Origin: Octopus sinensis
Lineage: Eukaryota
Length of the DNA: 64,000 nt
Reading direction: 5' to 3'
Assembly: GCF_006345805.1 (NCBI RefSeq)
Contig: NC_043011.1
Coordinates: 58,416,464 to 58,480,463 of the forward strand
Every line of letters begins with the position of its first letter. Position 1 is the stretch's first letter. The notes under the pieces were generated by a model that was not told the DNA's origin, made no database searches, and saw only the letters and a program-made list of their open reading frames with translations. Both the position numbers and the translations under genes were made by a program. Of the stretch, positions 27,051 to 40,023 are shown piece after piece.

Positions 27051-28094
27051 TCTATTCTTTAACTATTTCTTCCTGGCAATTATAGAGATCGACAAACTTT
27101 TTCATCTTTAATATATTTTATTCTGAAACCCTCTCATATAAACTTCAACCTCTGTAGATTCGTTTCTCTATTTGTTAGTTGCTAATGCGTTGTGCAATTA
27201 TGACATCATTTTATTGCATTTTGTTACATAATTTGTTTCCTGTTGATTTACATGAATCACGTTTCCAATATTTATACATTTAATGTTATATATTATCACA
27301 GTTTGTTTTTCATGATTGGAATTTTCTAAAGCCTTTTCATTTAAGCGTTCCGTTTCTAGGCATAACAGTTTTAAGTGTTCATGGTGTAAGATAAGATTTC
27401 TTAAGTTAGATTATCCATTACTCGTTTCTATTGCGATTCAAACATAATCTCAAATCAGAAAAATTATTCCCCAGTAAAAAAATATTCAAGTTTGCAGCTG
27501 AAAATAATTCACATGTGTCCATGTATGCATTTTATGTAATTGAGGGATCTAAATATTATAAACCGGCCTTTTATTTAGATTCTTAAAATTCCTATTAAAT
27601 TTAAGTATTTTATAAATATCACGTCCATTTTCAATATAGATATTCTCCCTTCAGCGTTAGACCCTAGAATTTTATTTTTATTTGGATTTTTTGTACACTT
27701 GCTTGACACATTTTCCAATTAACTACCACGTATGTCTGTTAGCGTGATGACACATGGGAACTAAACGGTATTTAGTGTGGTTTCGAAAATATTAATTATT
27801 TTTAGTAAATCATAGTAAATCTTCTGTAACTTCATACACAAATGCTATTCAGCATACTTGCAATTAGCTTTCAGTATTTGCCGTTATTATTTCATGAAAG
27901 TAAGGATTTCTTTAAGCCTCGTGCATGCGTAAGAAATTTTACGCGCATAGTTACACGGCCAAGCTGGTGAAAGTCAAGGTGAGGGAATGTCATCACAGTT
28001 GAGCATCTGATGAGGAGAAACAAAAATTATCCGACAAAATTGTAGTATATATGTGGAAGAGAAATTAAAGATACACACAGCTAATAAGCCTAAT

Positions 28095-29520
28095 TTGATG
28101 TCTTCACTATTTTCCATCACACGGCCTTGATAGTTCCGGGTCAATAAGCTCTGATCTTGGGCAGACAAGATAAATCATTCACTCTCAGCCTTTAGCCCCG
28201 AGCTCCGTCTCTACTGGTGGGTGTACTTCTGGTCTACATCAGCTTGTTTGCTACGGGTCACGTAATTTGTCATGCCACGGTTTTTGTTCGCACCTATCAG
28301 CCAATTGTTCAAACGCATTTTACTTTGCTATTGACTTCACTTTCTTAGCAACTACAGTTGCTGCACTTCCATTTTGCTGTTCAACCTGGGTATTATGCAT
28401 AAACTCACTTGAAACGTTTTTGCGCTCCTTCATAACAGAATGAAGCTTCTTAGGTTTATCATAGTTTTCATCCAGCTTTAGCATCCAGTCGTTAGATGTT
28501 TCAAGATATTTTGCCAGTGTATGTGTGGTGGTTTTGTAGGAGATTTCAAATTAGATCAAGCCTCGACCTCCTTGAGCTCTGGGTAGGTAGAGACGACCTG
28601 CGTCTGTCTTTGAGTGGTGCATCTTATTGCAAGTCAGCAGCTTACGGATTTTCCTATTAATCTTCCTAATTTCGTTCATATTCCAGTTCAACACATTGAA
28701 ACTGTAAATAAGAACCGGAATTGCTAAGAAATTTATTGCTAACCCCTTGTTACGTGCATTTAACTCGGATGTTAGGACCGTGTTTAGGTGTTTTCGTAGG
28801 ATCTCTCATAATTTTATTGAATAACTGCACTAGCTTTTCATGTGCCCACGAAAGCGAGGCAAGCCAGAAATTTGGCACACTATCATTACCCGGAGATTTC
28901 CACTCATGAGTCTTCGTGAGTGTCATTCTTAGGCTTGCAATTGCGATGCCTTCCCAAACTTGTTCTGGTAAGTTTTGTTAGGATCCTTCTCTGCGTCTAA
29001 TCCAGTTTGCATTTTCATTGTAAGGCTTTTCATCCCTCCAGATATTTTCCAGAAGTTTTGAACTTCTTCCATGGTAGGGGGTCTTCAACGGTTATTTTAA
29101 ACTTCCCTATTTCTCTGTAAAATGTTTTTGCACTGGATGTGAACAAGTTATTTTGCTTGTAAAATTTCTTTCTTTTCATAAATATTCGTATTCTTTGAGC
29201 TTTTTCTTTGATCTTTTGTCGCAGTCTTTCTTTTGCTGAAAGCAGTTCTTCTCTTGGTGAGAATCTATGTTTTCTCTTCATCTTCCTTCCTTTTCAGGTT
29301 TTTACATTGTTTCCATAGATTAATTCATTTAATATTGATATTTCACCTCTCATTATGTAAATTTCCTTTTCTATTTTGCTTTTCCAGTTTAGAATTCTTC
29401 GGTTTGTACTTCTTGGTTTTTTCAGGGGCATACAAAAGGTCCCTTTTTTCTGTCGTCTTCATTTTTCAGTTTTTTTCAGTCTTTTTCGTTTCGCCTGTTA
29501 TAAAATTGTAACTTAAAAAC
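28095..29520 (-). mobile_element. R4/Dong element with the RT core apparently deleted
   Basis: KQNNLF..KTFYREI, KSPGNDSVPNFWL, then AINFLAIPVLIYSF..NW..RKLLT..MHH..RLYLPRAQGGRGL, SSGLKAESE, AQDQSLLTRNYQ. Confidence 0.85.
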
Positions 29521-29699
29521 TGATGATGGCATTCCAACAACGTTTGGACAATGGTTGCTCTCGTTCATACTTTACGTTTAAATTTCTGAAATTTTAAATT
29601 TTTATCACTTCTTATTTCAACTTGACAAAGACAGACGTACTGTTGAAATATCGTTCAACTATTAAAATATCATACAATAGAACCGCGCTCTACGTCTTG

Positions 29700-29701
29700 A
29701 C

Positions 29702-29777
<76 letters not shown>

Positions 29778-29805
29778 TATAATAATAATAATAATAATAA
29801 TAATG

Positions 29806-29857
<52 letters not shown>

Positions 29858-29886
29858 TAATAATAATAATAATAACAACAACAACA
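29700..29886. repeat. (TAA)n microsatellite
   Basis: Directly visible. Confidence 0.97.
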
Positions 29887-29889
29887 TAC

Positions 29890-30050
29890 CTTAGGACTGA
29901 AAACTCAGGTTCGAACTTTTCCCAAGACACCTGCGGAAGGCTGGAGAGTAAAGCAGCGGAAATGTTGTGTTAACAACAAACAAGATGAGGACAAATATCC
30001 GTCAAATGTAAATAAAGTACATAATTCCTCATCTCATAAATATAGAACAA
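29890..30050 (+). mobile_element. Short repeat next to (TAA)n with a degenerate hammerhead
   Basis: ACAC CTGCGGA AGGCTG..CAGCG GAAAT GTT GTGT at 29927-29970. Confidence 0.5.
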
Positions 30051-30876
30051 AATTATTAGTGTTATATAATGACCCGTTCTGAGTTAAAATACCATCGAAA
30101 TCCATTTTGCATTTCATAGTTTTGGGGTCGACAAGATAAAGTACCAGTGAATTACTGGGTTCAATTTAGTCATCCTTAGTTTAGAGTGTCATTCATAAAT
30201 TTATTATGGGAAAGTTTGAATTAATAGCGTTAATATTGTTCGACATATTTTTTTGGTAACTGAAGACAGTCGAAGAACTATCTGTGTCTTAACCTAATTT
30301 CAGCAAATATAACTACTTTTTCCCCTTCGTTTGTAGTCAGTAGGAAAACCATACGGAAATTGTCACCAAGTTTGATGTTTGAAGTAACAGGAGCGTGGGA
30401 AAAGAACGATGACAGCTATGGTAGCGATAACGATAAAGCTGACATCTGTCTTGGATTTTCGCTTGTCAAAGAGAATAAAAAAGGGAAATTTTTCTGAAGA
30501 TCTTACAAAGAAATATAAATCAAATGTGTTCGTGTTAACTCTGACAACATCAGTTATTCTATGATACAATATAGCATTGAGGTTGAAAATGGCTGTTTTT
30601 ACTAACAATAACAATACGAACAATGATTACACAACCTATCACCAACACCAACACAAAATCACCCGCCTACCCACGCATCTCTGCCAATCCTGCAGCAATA
30701 TCATAAACAACATGAAATGGAAACAATAATAAAACTTGGGAAAATAATGTAGAGAACTCAAGGAATAGATAATAAGAAATCTATTGCAAGCATCGGCAAA
30801 GAAGATAACGTCAATGGAAATATCGAACGAATCAAATGACAACTGCAATCAGTATCAAAACCGCCATCAACGTCAT

Positions 30877-31215
30877 TCGATTCCCAGACCGGGCGTTGTG
30901 TGAGTTTATTGAGCGAAAACACCTAAATAAAGCTCCACGAAACTCCGGCAGGGGATGGTGGCGACCCCTGTTGTACGCTTTCGCCCCAACTTTCTGTCAC
31001 ACTTTCTTCCTGTTTCTTGATCCCCGACTTCCTACGCAACCGCTGAGCCTGGATGTGCATTCATCCATCCGTCGAAGCTCTCGGTCTCGGGGGGGTGACC
31101 TGCTTTCTCTTTTGCGGGTCTTACGAATAGCAAAGGACCACGTTTCGAACTTCTCCCACTACACAGGCGCGATCTTGCGAGCTCTGGGACGAAGACCGTT
31201 CGCTCAACAGCAACC
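30877..31215 (+). mobile_element. SINE family C (5'-truncated) with distinct 3' tail
   Basis: TTCGATTCCCAGACCGGGCGTTGTG...AGCTCCACGA..CCGGCAGGGG shared with 43284, 52310 and 55113 copies. Confidence 0.8.
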
Positions 31216-32079
31216 ATCAACTCCATCAACATCGTCATCGTTTTCACCACCAGCACCACCGCCACCGCCGCTAAATATTTTCATATATTTTCATCATTTC
31301 CTGGAACATTTGGGTGTTGTAAATAAAGTACTCTTTTCTCCCGGTCTGTTATCAGTTAACCCCTATATGCCCATAAGCAAATGAAGTCTTAAAATTTCAC
31401 TGTATTTAGTTTAAACGTCATGGTAAGCCTTCACAATCTGGCAGAGACGGACACTATGCAAACCGTTAGCTGCGGATGTCGACTCTCTATTGAACATTTC
31501 GTATGCTTAGTCACATGCTTCCCGACGAGTTCATGTCGAAACAATTAGGAGCAGATTTTGCGGCGTGAAAACGGAATAATTATCGGAAAGATACGAATAT
31601 TTTTTTCCAGCCGATGTCAGGTAAAATGCCATATATATTTCGGTATTTTTGAGCATCTTCAGTAACTATAAAATATCAACGTTTTCATATTTAACAATAC
31701 TCAATCAGGTGAAGAATCTTGTTGAGCTTTCGATAACAAAAGGAGAAGCTTTTATAACATATTTTTGCTTATTCCTGCCCAATTCTACTTGGTTTCTGGA
31801 AAACATGCTCAGAGTCACTAAAGTTTTCATAATTCTCACTGATACTGATGCTGGAACATTTTCTCTTGAAATACTTTACTGAAGCTATTCCTTTATTTTG
31901 TCAAACTGTAAATTACGGTTTGAGGTGGATCTGGCTGTTATTCACAGTAGATTGAATATATGCCGAGTGATTCTCTCGTGTAATTTGTTTAGACAACCTT
32001 ATGTATTTTATTATGAAGTAGTAGTACGGACTTTTATGAGAAATGCAAGTGTATTTGAAGGACTAACGCCATGACACAC

Positions 32080-32113
<34 letters not shown>

Positions 32114-33245
32114 CACACATACACACACACATACACAGACACATACATCCACACACACATAGATACACACACAGAGGCTCTGGGATAAATACTTCAGAAT
32201 ACTTTTGCAATGTAAAATTTGACAGACTGTAAAGGGACAGGATGAATGACAAGTTTTGGAATGAATATTTTACAAAGCTTAGAATACAAATGTAGCGAAA
32301 ATAAGAAAATGCCAATCACCAGCTGCAGCAGGTAGTTGGATGAGTGCGCAGCCGGAGCTGGGGACAAACAGAAGCAGAAGCAGAAGAAAGCCATTGAAAT
32401 GCATGACTAATTTAACGCCGATGGTAGTGTGGGTCACGGAAATGCGTTCCGATTCTCCGTTGGTTTGTGAATATTGTATGAACTGAAGATAATGGTTTTG
32501 GTGGTTACGTAAAGAAGTATTCAACACTATCAATTCAAAAGAAAAATTCGTTGGAAGAAATATACGATGGAGGGATAGAGAATAATTCGTTGAATAAAAT
32601 AATAAATGGCTTGCTCAAGATATGTGGCAAGGAGGGAAGCAGTCGAGGAAAATGAATTATGGTGTTAAGAGAAGAAGTAATGCAACCTCTATTATGGCCT
32701 GTTCTGCTTACAGCAAGTTGAACAGATTCTTTCAATCTCTATATAGACAGAATAGTAGATTCTTACATGGCATTATGTTATACACTGAACAAAAATGCGA
32801 ATATTATATATGTCGTAACTTAAAGGCAAGTTATAATAGTGCCAAGAGAATGTTGAGTATTGTTAAAATCTTTCGCCGAAATCTCATTAGCATTCGCCAT
32901 TTGTAAAGAAATAGAAACAAAATTTAACTTGTGAGAAATCATGGAAAAGAGGAAAGAAATCCTGGAAATAATAATGTCAAGAACTTGTGGGGTATTAACA
33001 TCCAAGACTGTAAATTCTGCAGAATGTAGATCAGTCTTGTGTTGATGTAACATCGGACACAATGGAAATACACAAATGAAATGCAAATGCTTTTATAGAG
33101 ACACAGGTGTTAAATAATACAAAAGAGGGAACGACAGCGTAGAAGAAATATTTGCAAAATGTTTTACATATCAGCTAATAAGTTGATGCACAGATACAAA
33201 CACGGATAAGCTTATCCGCACATAAATATTTACATAAACATATAC

Positions 33246-33324
<79 letters not shown>

Positions 33325-33517
33325 GTATATATATATATATGAGTGTGTGTGTGATTGTGCGCGTGTGTGTATGTATGTGTGTGCCCGTATGTGTGTGTGT
33401 ATGCCTATGTATGTATGAATGTGTGGATATGATTATCTGAGCTTGTATCTATGCAGCAAGACATTAGCGTATGTAGAAACCACTTTGCATCTCTCTCTCT
33501 TTCTTTCTCTCTCTCTA

Positions 33518-33573
<56 letters not shown>

Positions 33574-34437
33574 TTGAAAACGAGGAGGAGAGTGGCGATT
33601 TATTCACATCCAGAACTTTCTTTTATTTAAAACAGCTTTCGACTGCATATATAACGATGACCAATATAGATTTCAATTGCAGCCACTTCCCATTGCTTCT
33701 GATGCAATTAGGCATCCTAGTGGCTGCAATTTCACCAAGGGTCCATGACTTACGACGTTTTCCAAGTGAACTGATTTCAACCAAACTACCTGCTTTGGCA
33801 TCGAGCTGAATGTGATAGCGTTACATTTTAAATCGAACTGAATTCTTGTCTTATAATCACCCCTACTGGTATTCCAGTTAAATCAAATGGTGCAGCATAT
33901 TAAAATCAGTTGTAGTAGTTTTGTTTACATTTTACTGTATGGAATACATTATTTATTCAGACGCAATTAACTTATGTTTCGGTTTATACCATCAATTAAT
34001 ATTATTATTGATTTTTACAAACATTGTTTTAGTAGTATTTGCAAAAATATCATTAATTATCACAATCATTATGTTAACTAGTATAATTTCTATAGATGGT
34101 AATTTGAGTTTCTTTGAATCGTTCAAACGTATATTTAATCCAATGTAGACATTTCATAGCCCGTTCCTCTCTACTGTTTACAAGTATATTTATACACTTG
34201 TATACAAATACGAATATTTAAGTATGTGTGTATGTATATGTATACATGTATACAAATGCAGATACATACTCGCGTAACACAGATTTACAGCAATGTACGG
34301 CTTCACCATTTCCATTAATATTCATATTACGTCTTTCTATTTCTTGTCATTTGCCACTTCAAATGTGTGTGAGCGCATACGTACATACACACACAGACAT
34401 ACGCACACACACAAACATATATATACATATATATGCA

Positions 34438-34717
34438 TATAATCAAAATAGGCAACAAGTATATCTTAGGTAATTTGGTACAATCGTTTCATGCTACTTC
34501 ATTTTATTAAACATTGTAAGTATTGCATACGTTTTAAAATGTTGAAATAGAAATAAGAATATGTATTGTCCGTTTGATGGAAGACTTCTATAAATGACTG
34601 AAGATTGATCAACTTTTTAAAACTGATGTAATACATACAATGTTTAATAAAATGAAGTAGCATGAAACGATTGTACCAAATTACCTAAGATATACTTGTT
34701 GCTTATTTTGATTATAA
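34438..34717. repeat. Near-perfect fold-back inverted repeat, arms about 110 bp
   Basis: ATAATCAAAATAGGCAACAAGTATATCTTAGGTAATTTGGTACAATCGTTTCATGCTACTTCATTTTATTAAACATTGTA recurs as its reverse complement at about 34637-34716. Confidence 0.92.
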
Positions 34718-34816
34718 TCACCCCATGGATTTATATGGATAATACCATAAAAAATTCTGGTGCCTCTGACTTCAGTACCATATTCATCTGAATCTAAATT
34801 TTGCTGAACCTATATA

Positions 34817-34868
<52 letters not shown>

Positions 34869-35194
34869 AATATATATGAATAAAATGTTTACGAGTATAT
34901 ATATGTATATATACATACTCACACTCGTATACACACACAGACACACAGGGAAACACACAAATTGAAATAATGAAGGCCAATTAAATACATGCGCACATAC
35001 ATATTAACATACATTTGTAAACCCTCATAACACATCTCTAAATAACTGGGTATGATGCTGCTTATACGTAATGTCGTTAGCTCTACGCGAGGACTTCATG
35101 GCAGAGAAAAAAATCATTTACTTGTCTTATTGTCAGCGGTTATTGTTTGATTAAAGAATATTTCATATTTGTCTCTTCCCTTTCGATTGACTGC

Positions 35195-35567
35195 CTACTA
35201 CATGTGCTTGTGGCGACATTTACCCTGGGCGGGTTGAGTCGGCTTCTTCTGCCACCCTCGAGGCATCGAAGAAGTTTTGTGGGAACCTGTGGATATCAAA
35301 AGCGGCCCCCAACAATCCCGCATGGGGAGACATCCTGTTTGCCGCAGATTGTCCGCAGACGCAGGAACAGAACGACCGAGGAGCCGCCGGTTGCCGAAAC
35401 AGACACTCCGAGGATTTTCTGCCGGGTTGTGGCCCGAATACCACTCGGTGTCAGAAATCCGCCTTGGGTGGCCCTACCAGGAACCGAAGTTCCCGACGGC
35501 ATAGCTCTGACACTACCCGTTGCCAGCGCCCCCACCACGGTGAGGAGGGGATGGACTTTGGGGACTC
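35195..35567 (-). mobile_element. Bipartite non-autonomous RTE (5' UTR joined to 3' end), GC-rich
   Basis: Minus 5' part CGTGGTGGGGG...GAGCTATGCCGTCGGG..CCTGGTAGGGCCACCCAAGGCGG matches conserved RTE/BovB 5' UTR motifs as I recall them; 3' part encodes EEADSTRPG*. Confidence 0.7.
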
Positions 35568-36535
35568 AAAGTTCTGTAAGATTAACGCAACAGCTCACTC
35601 ACTTTCCTGCCAAGAATTTAGGAGAGTTGATCAAGTATCGAACAAACTCCTTCTGATTCGACAAACTGAAAAAAAAAAATAATAAAATTCCCAAAAATCA
35701 GAAAATGGGTTGCGGTGAGAGTGGAGCGATCAGACGTCTGTACGATAGAAGGAATGAAAAGAAAGAAAGTGGTAAAAAATAGGAAGTTTCATTGCCCAAG
35801 TCGTCCAGATAATGAGAAAATGAAACAATGAAAGTTATACTGAAATAATGTCAATCAGAGTTCTCACAACAACTCGTCTTTATTATGAGTTAATATCTGG
35901 TATTCTAGAATAATGTCTAAAACAGCACAGCATACATATTGATAAAATGTCAAAAAGGTTTGATTAATGAGTTTATCGCCAGTTAGTGCTGACGTATAAA
36001 TAAATACTATATACTTCTACATCGAGTATATTTTGTTTCGTTCCCATCACATGTCATCTTTCTTCATCTAAACTATAGTAGACTAATTCATTTATTTATT
36101 TATTCACGAGCTAGGAATAGCCTAGGGCAGAAGTTCGGAACCTGTTCGAGTTTAGTTCACAGTATTGGAATTACGCTGGTACGTCCCTTATTATTTATAA
36201 TATTCAATAAAACGGTGAGCGGGCAGAATCGTTAAAGGTCCAGACAAGAGGCTTAGCTGGATCTCTTTAAACTCTTTAGGTAATGAATTCAAATGCCACA
36301 AAGATGGAATTTAGCTCTCATCTTTTCGGGGATTGAGTAATCGACTTGTAAGCGACATCGCTTTCTCATCAAAACAGTGATATATCTTCGAAACTTCGAA
36401 AGAATTATTTATGCCATTCAATGTAAAGAGAAGAATAAAGGAGCGAATCACCAAAATACGTGTAGTATTTTCCCTTCTTTTATCGTAAGACAAACAGTTT
36501 TGTACCTCTACAAACAGAAGAAGAATAATGGATAT

Positions 36536-36745
36536 GTACACGCACTGAAAAAAAATACCGGGAGTATAAAATGAAACAACAACGCATACCAATTCGACAT
36601 TTAATATCCTTGAAAGTAGTCCCCTCCTTAAACCACACAATTTATCCATCGATTGAAGCATTCCTGGAACTTCTTTTTTAACGTAGAGAGCAACTGCCTG
36701 GTTGGATTTTTTTCTGATTTCCTCAACGTCCTAAAATCATGTTGA
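36536..36745 (-). pseudogene. Mariner transposase C-terminal fragment plus probable TIR
   Basis: DVEEIRKK...FQECFNRWINCVV*GGDYFQGY*; TACACGCACTGAAAAAAAATACCGGGAGT is TIR-like. Confidence 0.7.
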
Positions 36746-37011
36746 TACTGATTCTCGCCTTAGGTTTCACTGATAGAAGGTCTGTGATATGGTGAGAGGA
36801 CCGTACTCTACACACTTTATTCCCGAGCACTTCTATAAACAACAGAAGAGAGCAATTACATTATAACTTACTGTGTTTACGTAACGGTGATCAATATCAG
36901 TCTGTGCCATGTAGCTTCATTCTGCATACATACACACACACATATCATATATACATACAACGTATGCATAATCTATCTATCTATTTCTCTCTCTCTCTAT
37001 ATATATATATG

Positions 37012-37093
<82 letters not shown>

Positions 37094-37849
37094 CATATGT
37101 ATGGTAGTGTTTGTACTTGAACGAATATGATATCTGTCATAGAGAAAAATGGACGTCAAATATTAAGCAGATTGTAAAAGAAATAACATATAATTTATTT
37201 AAAAGATTTATTAACAAAAAAACGGAAATAATAAAGAAAACACTATAAAAAGGCAACCTCAATTAGAAACTTAAAAATTGTTTTCTTCACTTTTCTAATT
37301 GTATGTTTTGTAAAAGAATTATATCTTAATGGATGAAAATGGATGGAATAGTTCTTATTTTTTCGCTGTCAAATTTAGTATTTCTATTGAGCACAATTAC
37401 AGAACTAAATCATTCTCTCAATGTTTATAACAATAAACTAATCATAGATAAATCAAATGTATATATTCTACTCTGATTTCCTTCAGGTTGTATTTTTTTT
37501 TCTCATTTCCTTTCATTCCCCAATATACATAGAAATTGATGTGTAATAATAATATAATAATTCCATTTTTCTTCTGTCAATCTTTGACCTACATGATAAA
37601 TCTTCAGAATAATTCGGAAATCTTGGAAATTCACAGGCACACAGACAGACGAACACATAGAAACACACACACACATACAGACACACGCAAACGCGCGCGC
37701 ATACACCCACCCACACGCGGTATGGATGTCTGGCAAGACATTGGTTTCCTAACTACATGGTATTGGGTTCAGTCGTACTGTCTTTTACTATAACATTGGT
37801 CGAACCAAAGACTTCTGAGTGGATTTGGTACACGGAAATAGAAAGAACC

Positions 37850-37925
<76 letters not shown>

Positions 37926-37926
<1 letters not shown>

Positions 37927-38200
37927 TAGGTGGGGTATCCAGTAAGTCCTAGGGATAAAGATGTTCTATTGAAACGCCTTATTACTTTGATGTAAGAAAG
38001 CAATTTCGCTATAATTGCCATAAAAGGTGGATTTTCCGTCACGAAAAAGTACAAAAACTGTCGGCTGGAGGAGGGAGAGATTGTTGGAAGTTGGATTTTC
38101 TCAGGTACGTTGCCAGTATCTCTAAAGTGAAAATTGAAAATACGAAACCAAAATTCTGATGTAGTATCATACTGGTAGAAATACATGACACATAAGAGAA
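37926..38200 (-). mobile_element. Possible Helitron 3' end in (TA)n
   Basis: Minus strand ends ATCCCTAGGACTTACTGGATACCCCACCTAG|T: weak subterminal hairpin plus CTAG. Confidence 0.4.
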
Positions 38201-38719
38201 AATTCCTGCTTAAATGAACTTAAATTTCCACGAAATTATACCATAATTTCATATTGTATTGTTTGAAAAATATTCTATGGAGAAAAAAAAAACAAACAAA
38301 TTTAATAAGTGCAAAGAAATTTTGAATAAAGAGAAAGAAATGCTAATTATGTTTTGAATTGAAAAATTAATCTAAAGTGAGGATATCACGTTTAGAAATT
38401 ATGAACTGAACATAAAGAAGAAACTTTAATTACGAATATGAAATCCATCTAAAATGCATCAGATTTCTATAAAACAGTAAATGAAATTTTAGAATTATTA
38501 TCTTCAATATTTCAGATAAGAGATTCACACACACACACACATATGAGTATATATATCAATAAACAAATAAAACATATGTATGTCTGTGTGCGTGCATGTG
38601 TGTGTGAATGTGTGTATGTTTATTTGTGTGATTATACGCATTGGAATTAAATCGTTAAATGAGGCTTTATTCTTTAATACGGTGTTTTAACGAGTCATTG
38701 TTTAACATTGATCATAATT

Positions 38720-38860
38720 TTAATCTATCACGGAATTGTCTCCGAAAGGTTCCGAACTTTTCTTTGGAGAATCTTGAAACTGCATAAATGTTCGATTAAA
38801 TTGATATTTGGTGATTGTGGAGAGAGAAACAATCTAAGAGGTTTATTTCGTTTTTGTTTG
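38720..38860 (-). pseudogene. Tc1 transposase fragment
   Basis: SPQSPNINLIEHLC resembles the Tc1 motif WPxxSPDLNPIEHLW. Confidence 0.5.
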
Positions 38861-39445
38861 CAACATATTTATAATTTCAATATTATAAGTAAAATAGATG
38901 GATACATAAGGACTCTGGAAGTTAGCACTACAACCAGATACCAACGTTGTTCTTTAGGATTGATTTGATCAACCGAGATAATCAGAAATAATTTGGTATT
39001 TACGCTTTCGCCAATAAGGACCAACTAAAGAGCCAAAGGAATACCGGGACACAGCTGCTCCAACATCACAGAGCCACCAACAGGCTTTAAATTCGGGTGT
39101 CAAACAGTCAAAGTTGAAAGCTTCGAGCGGTCTATAATCTTCTTTCAAATCGGAGCAATAGTAAGATCCACCAAAGAAGATCATCTAGTATCGAACCATT
39201 AACCAATTCTGAGAGTTTACACATAATTTTCGCTATTCAAAAGGATAGATTAGACAGGCTAGGATAGATTACATTTAGCAATTTCAGAAATTTCATACTG
39301 TCCAGCGTTCTAGAGGTCAGGATGGTCAGTTTTGTTAAAAATATAATCTTAGGCAGGGAATGATAGTTATGCTCTGTTGTTATTTTTGATGTTGTATACC
39401 GATGGGTCTTAGACACAAAAATTCCTAATACTTTGCGCTTATCGA

Positions 39446-39484
<39 letters not shown>

Positions 39485-39662
39485 CCGAGGTTTACAGTAT
39501 TATATGTACATTCAAACTTTAAAATCAGTTTCCCGTTAGGGATTCAACAGAATGTTAGGCGGCCGCAATGGATATATAATATAGTATACTTGGGGTTATA
39601 TAGCCACTCTATTTACATATAGACAAGTGCATGTTTCTCCTGAGTTATGGACTCTTAGACGA

Positions 39663-39722
<60 letters not shown>

Positions 39723-39751
39723 TGTATGTATGTATGTATGTATGTATGTAT

Positions 39752-40023
39752 GATGCTCCCTCCCGTTGATGACGACGTACGAGCGTTCAGCTTGCCGAAT
39801 GACATGCGCAAATGATTTGCGTATTGTAATCAAATGTTTGTGCCGCCAGATCGATTTTTGTCTGAATATATGCATTGTGTACCACGTGTCAGGTGTCGTA
39901 ATGATCGCAGAGCAATATGGGATGTAGTGCTTCGTTGAAGAACTCAGTGCACCACTCGCTCCAAGAATTGAAACTGGGATGTCGCATACAACACCATAAC
40001 CACTAAGCCATGCGCCCTCACCA
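39752..40023 (-). mobile_element. tRNA-derived SINE, fourth family (D), with (ACAT)n tail
   Basis: Minus GGCGCATGGCTTAGTGGTT (A box)..AGTTTCAATTC (B-box-like); 3' end runs into the (ATGT)n array. Confidence 0.6.

Noticed and set aside
28006-28030. CTGATGA..GAAAC hammerhead-like core
   Set aside because: No stem II, stem I or cleavage triplet
30836-31384. 182-aa ORF with a Pro/Ser-rich end
   Set aside because: Runs through a SINE C copy and trinucleotide repeats; no recognisable domain
33615-33690. Minus-strand GGCTGCA/TGCAGTC stem followed by GAAAGCT near (TA)n
   Set aside because: 5' hammerhead core not recognisable; too decayed to call
35147-35656. 169-aa plus-strand ORF
   Set aside because: Antisense to the GC-rich mini-RTE; open by composition
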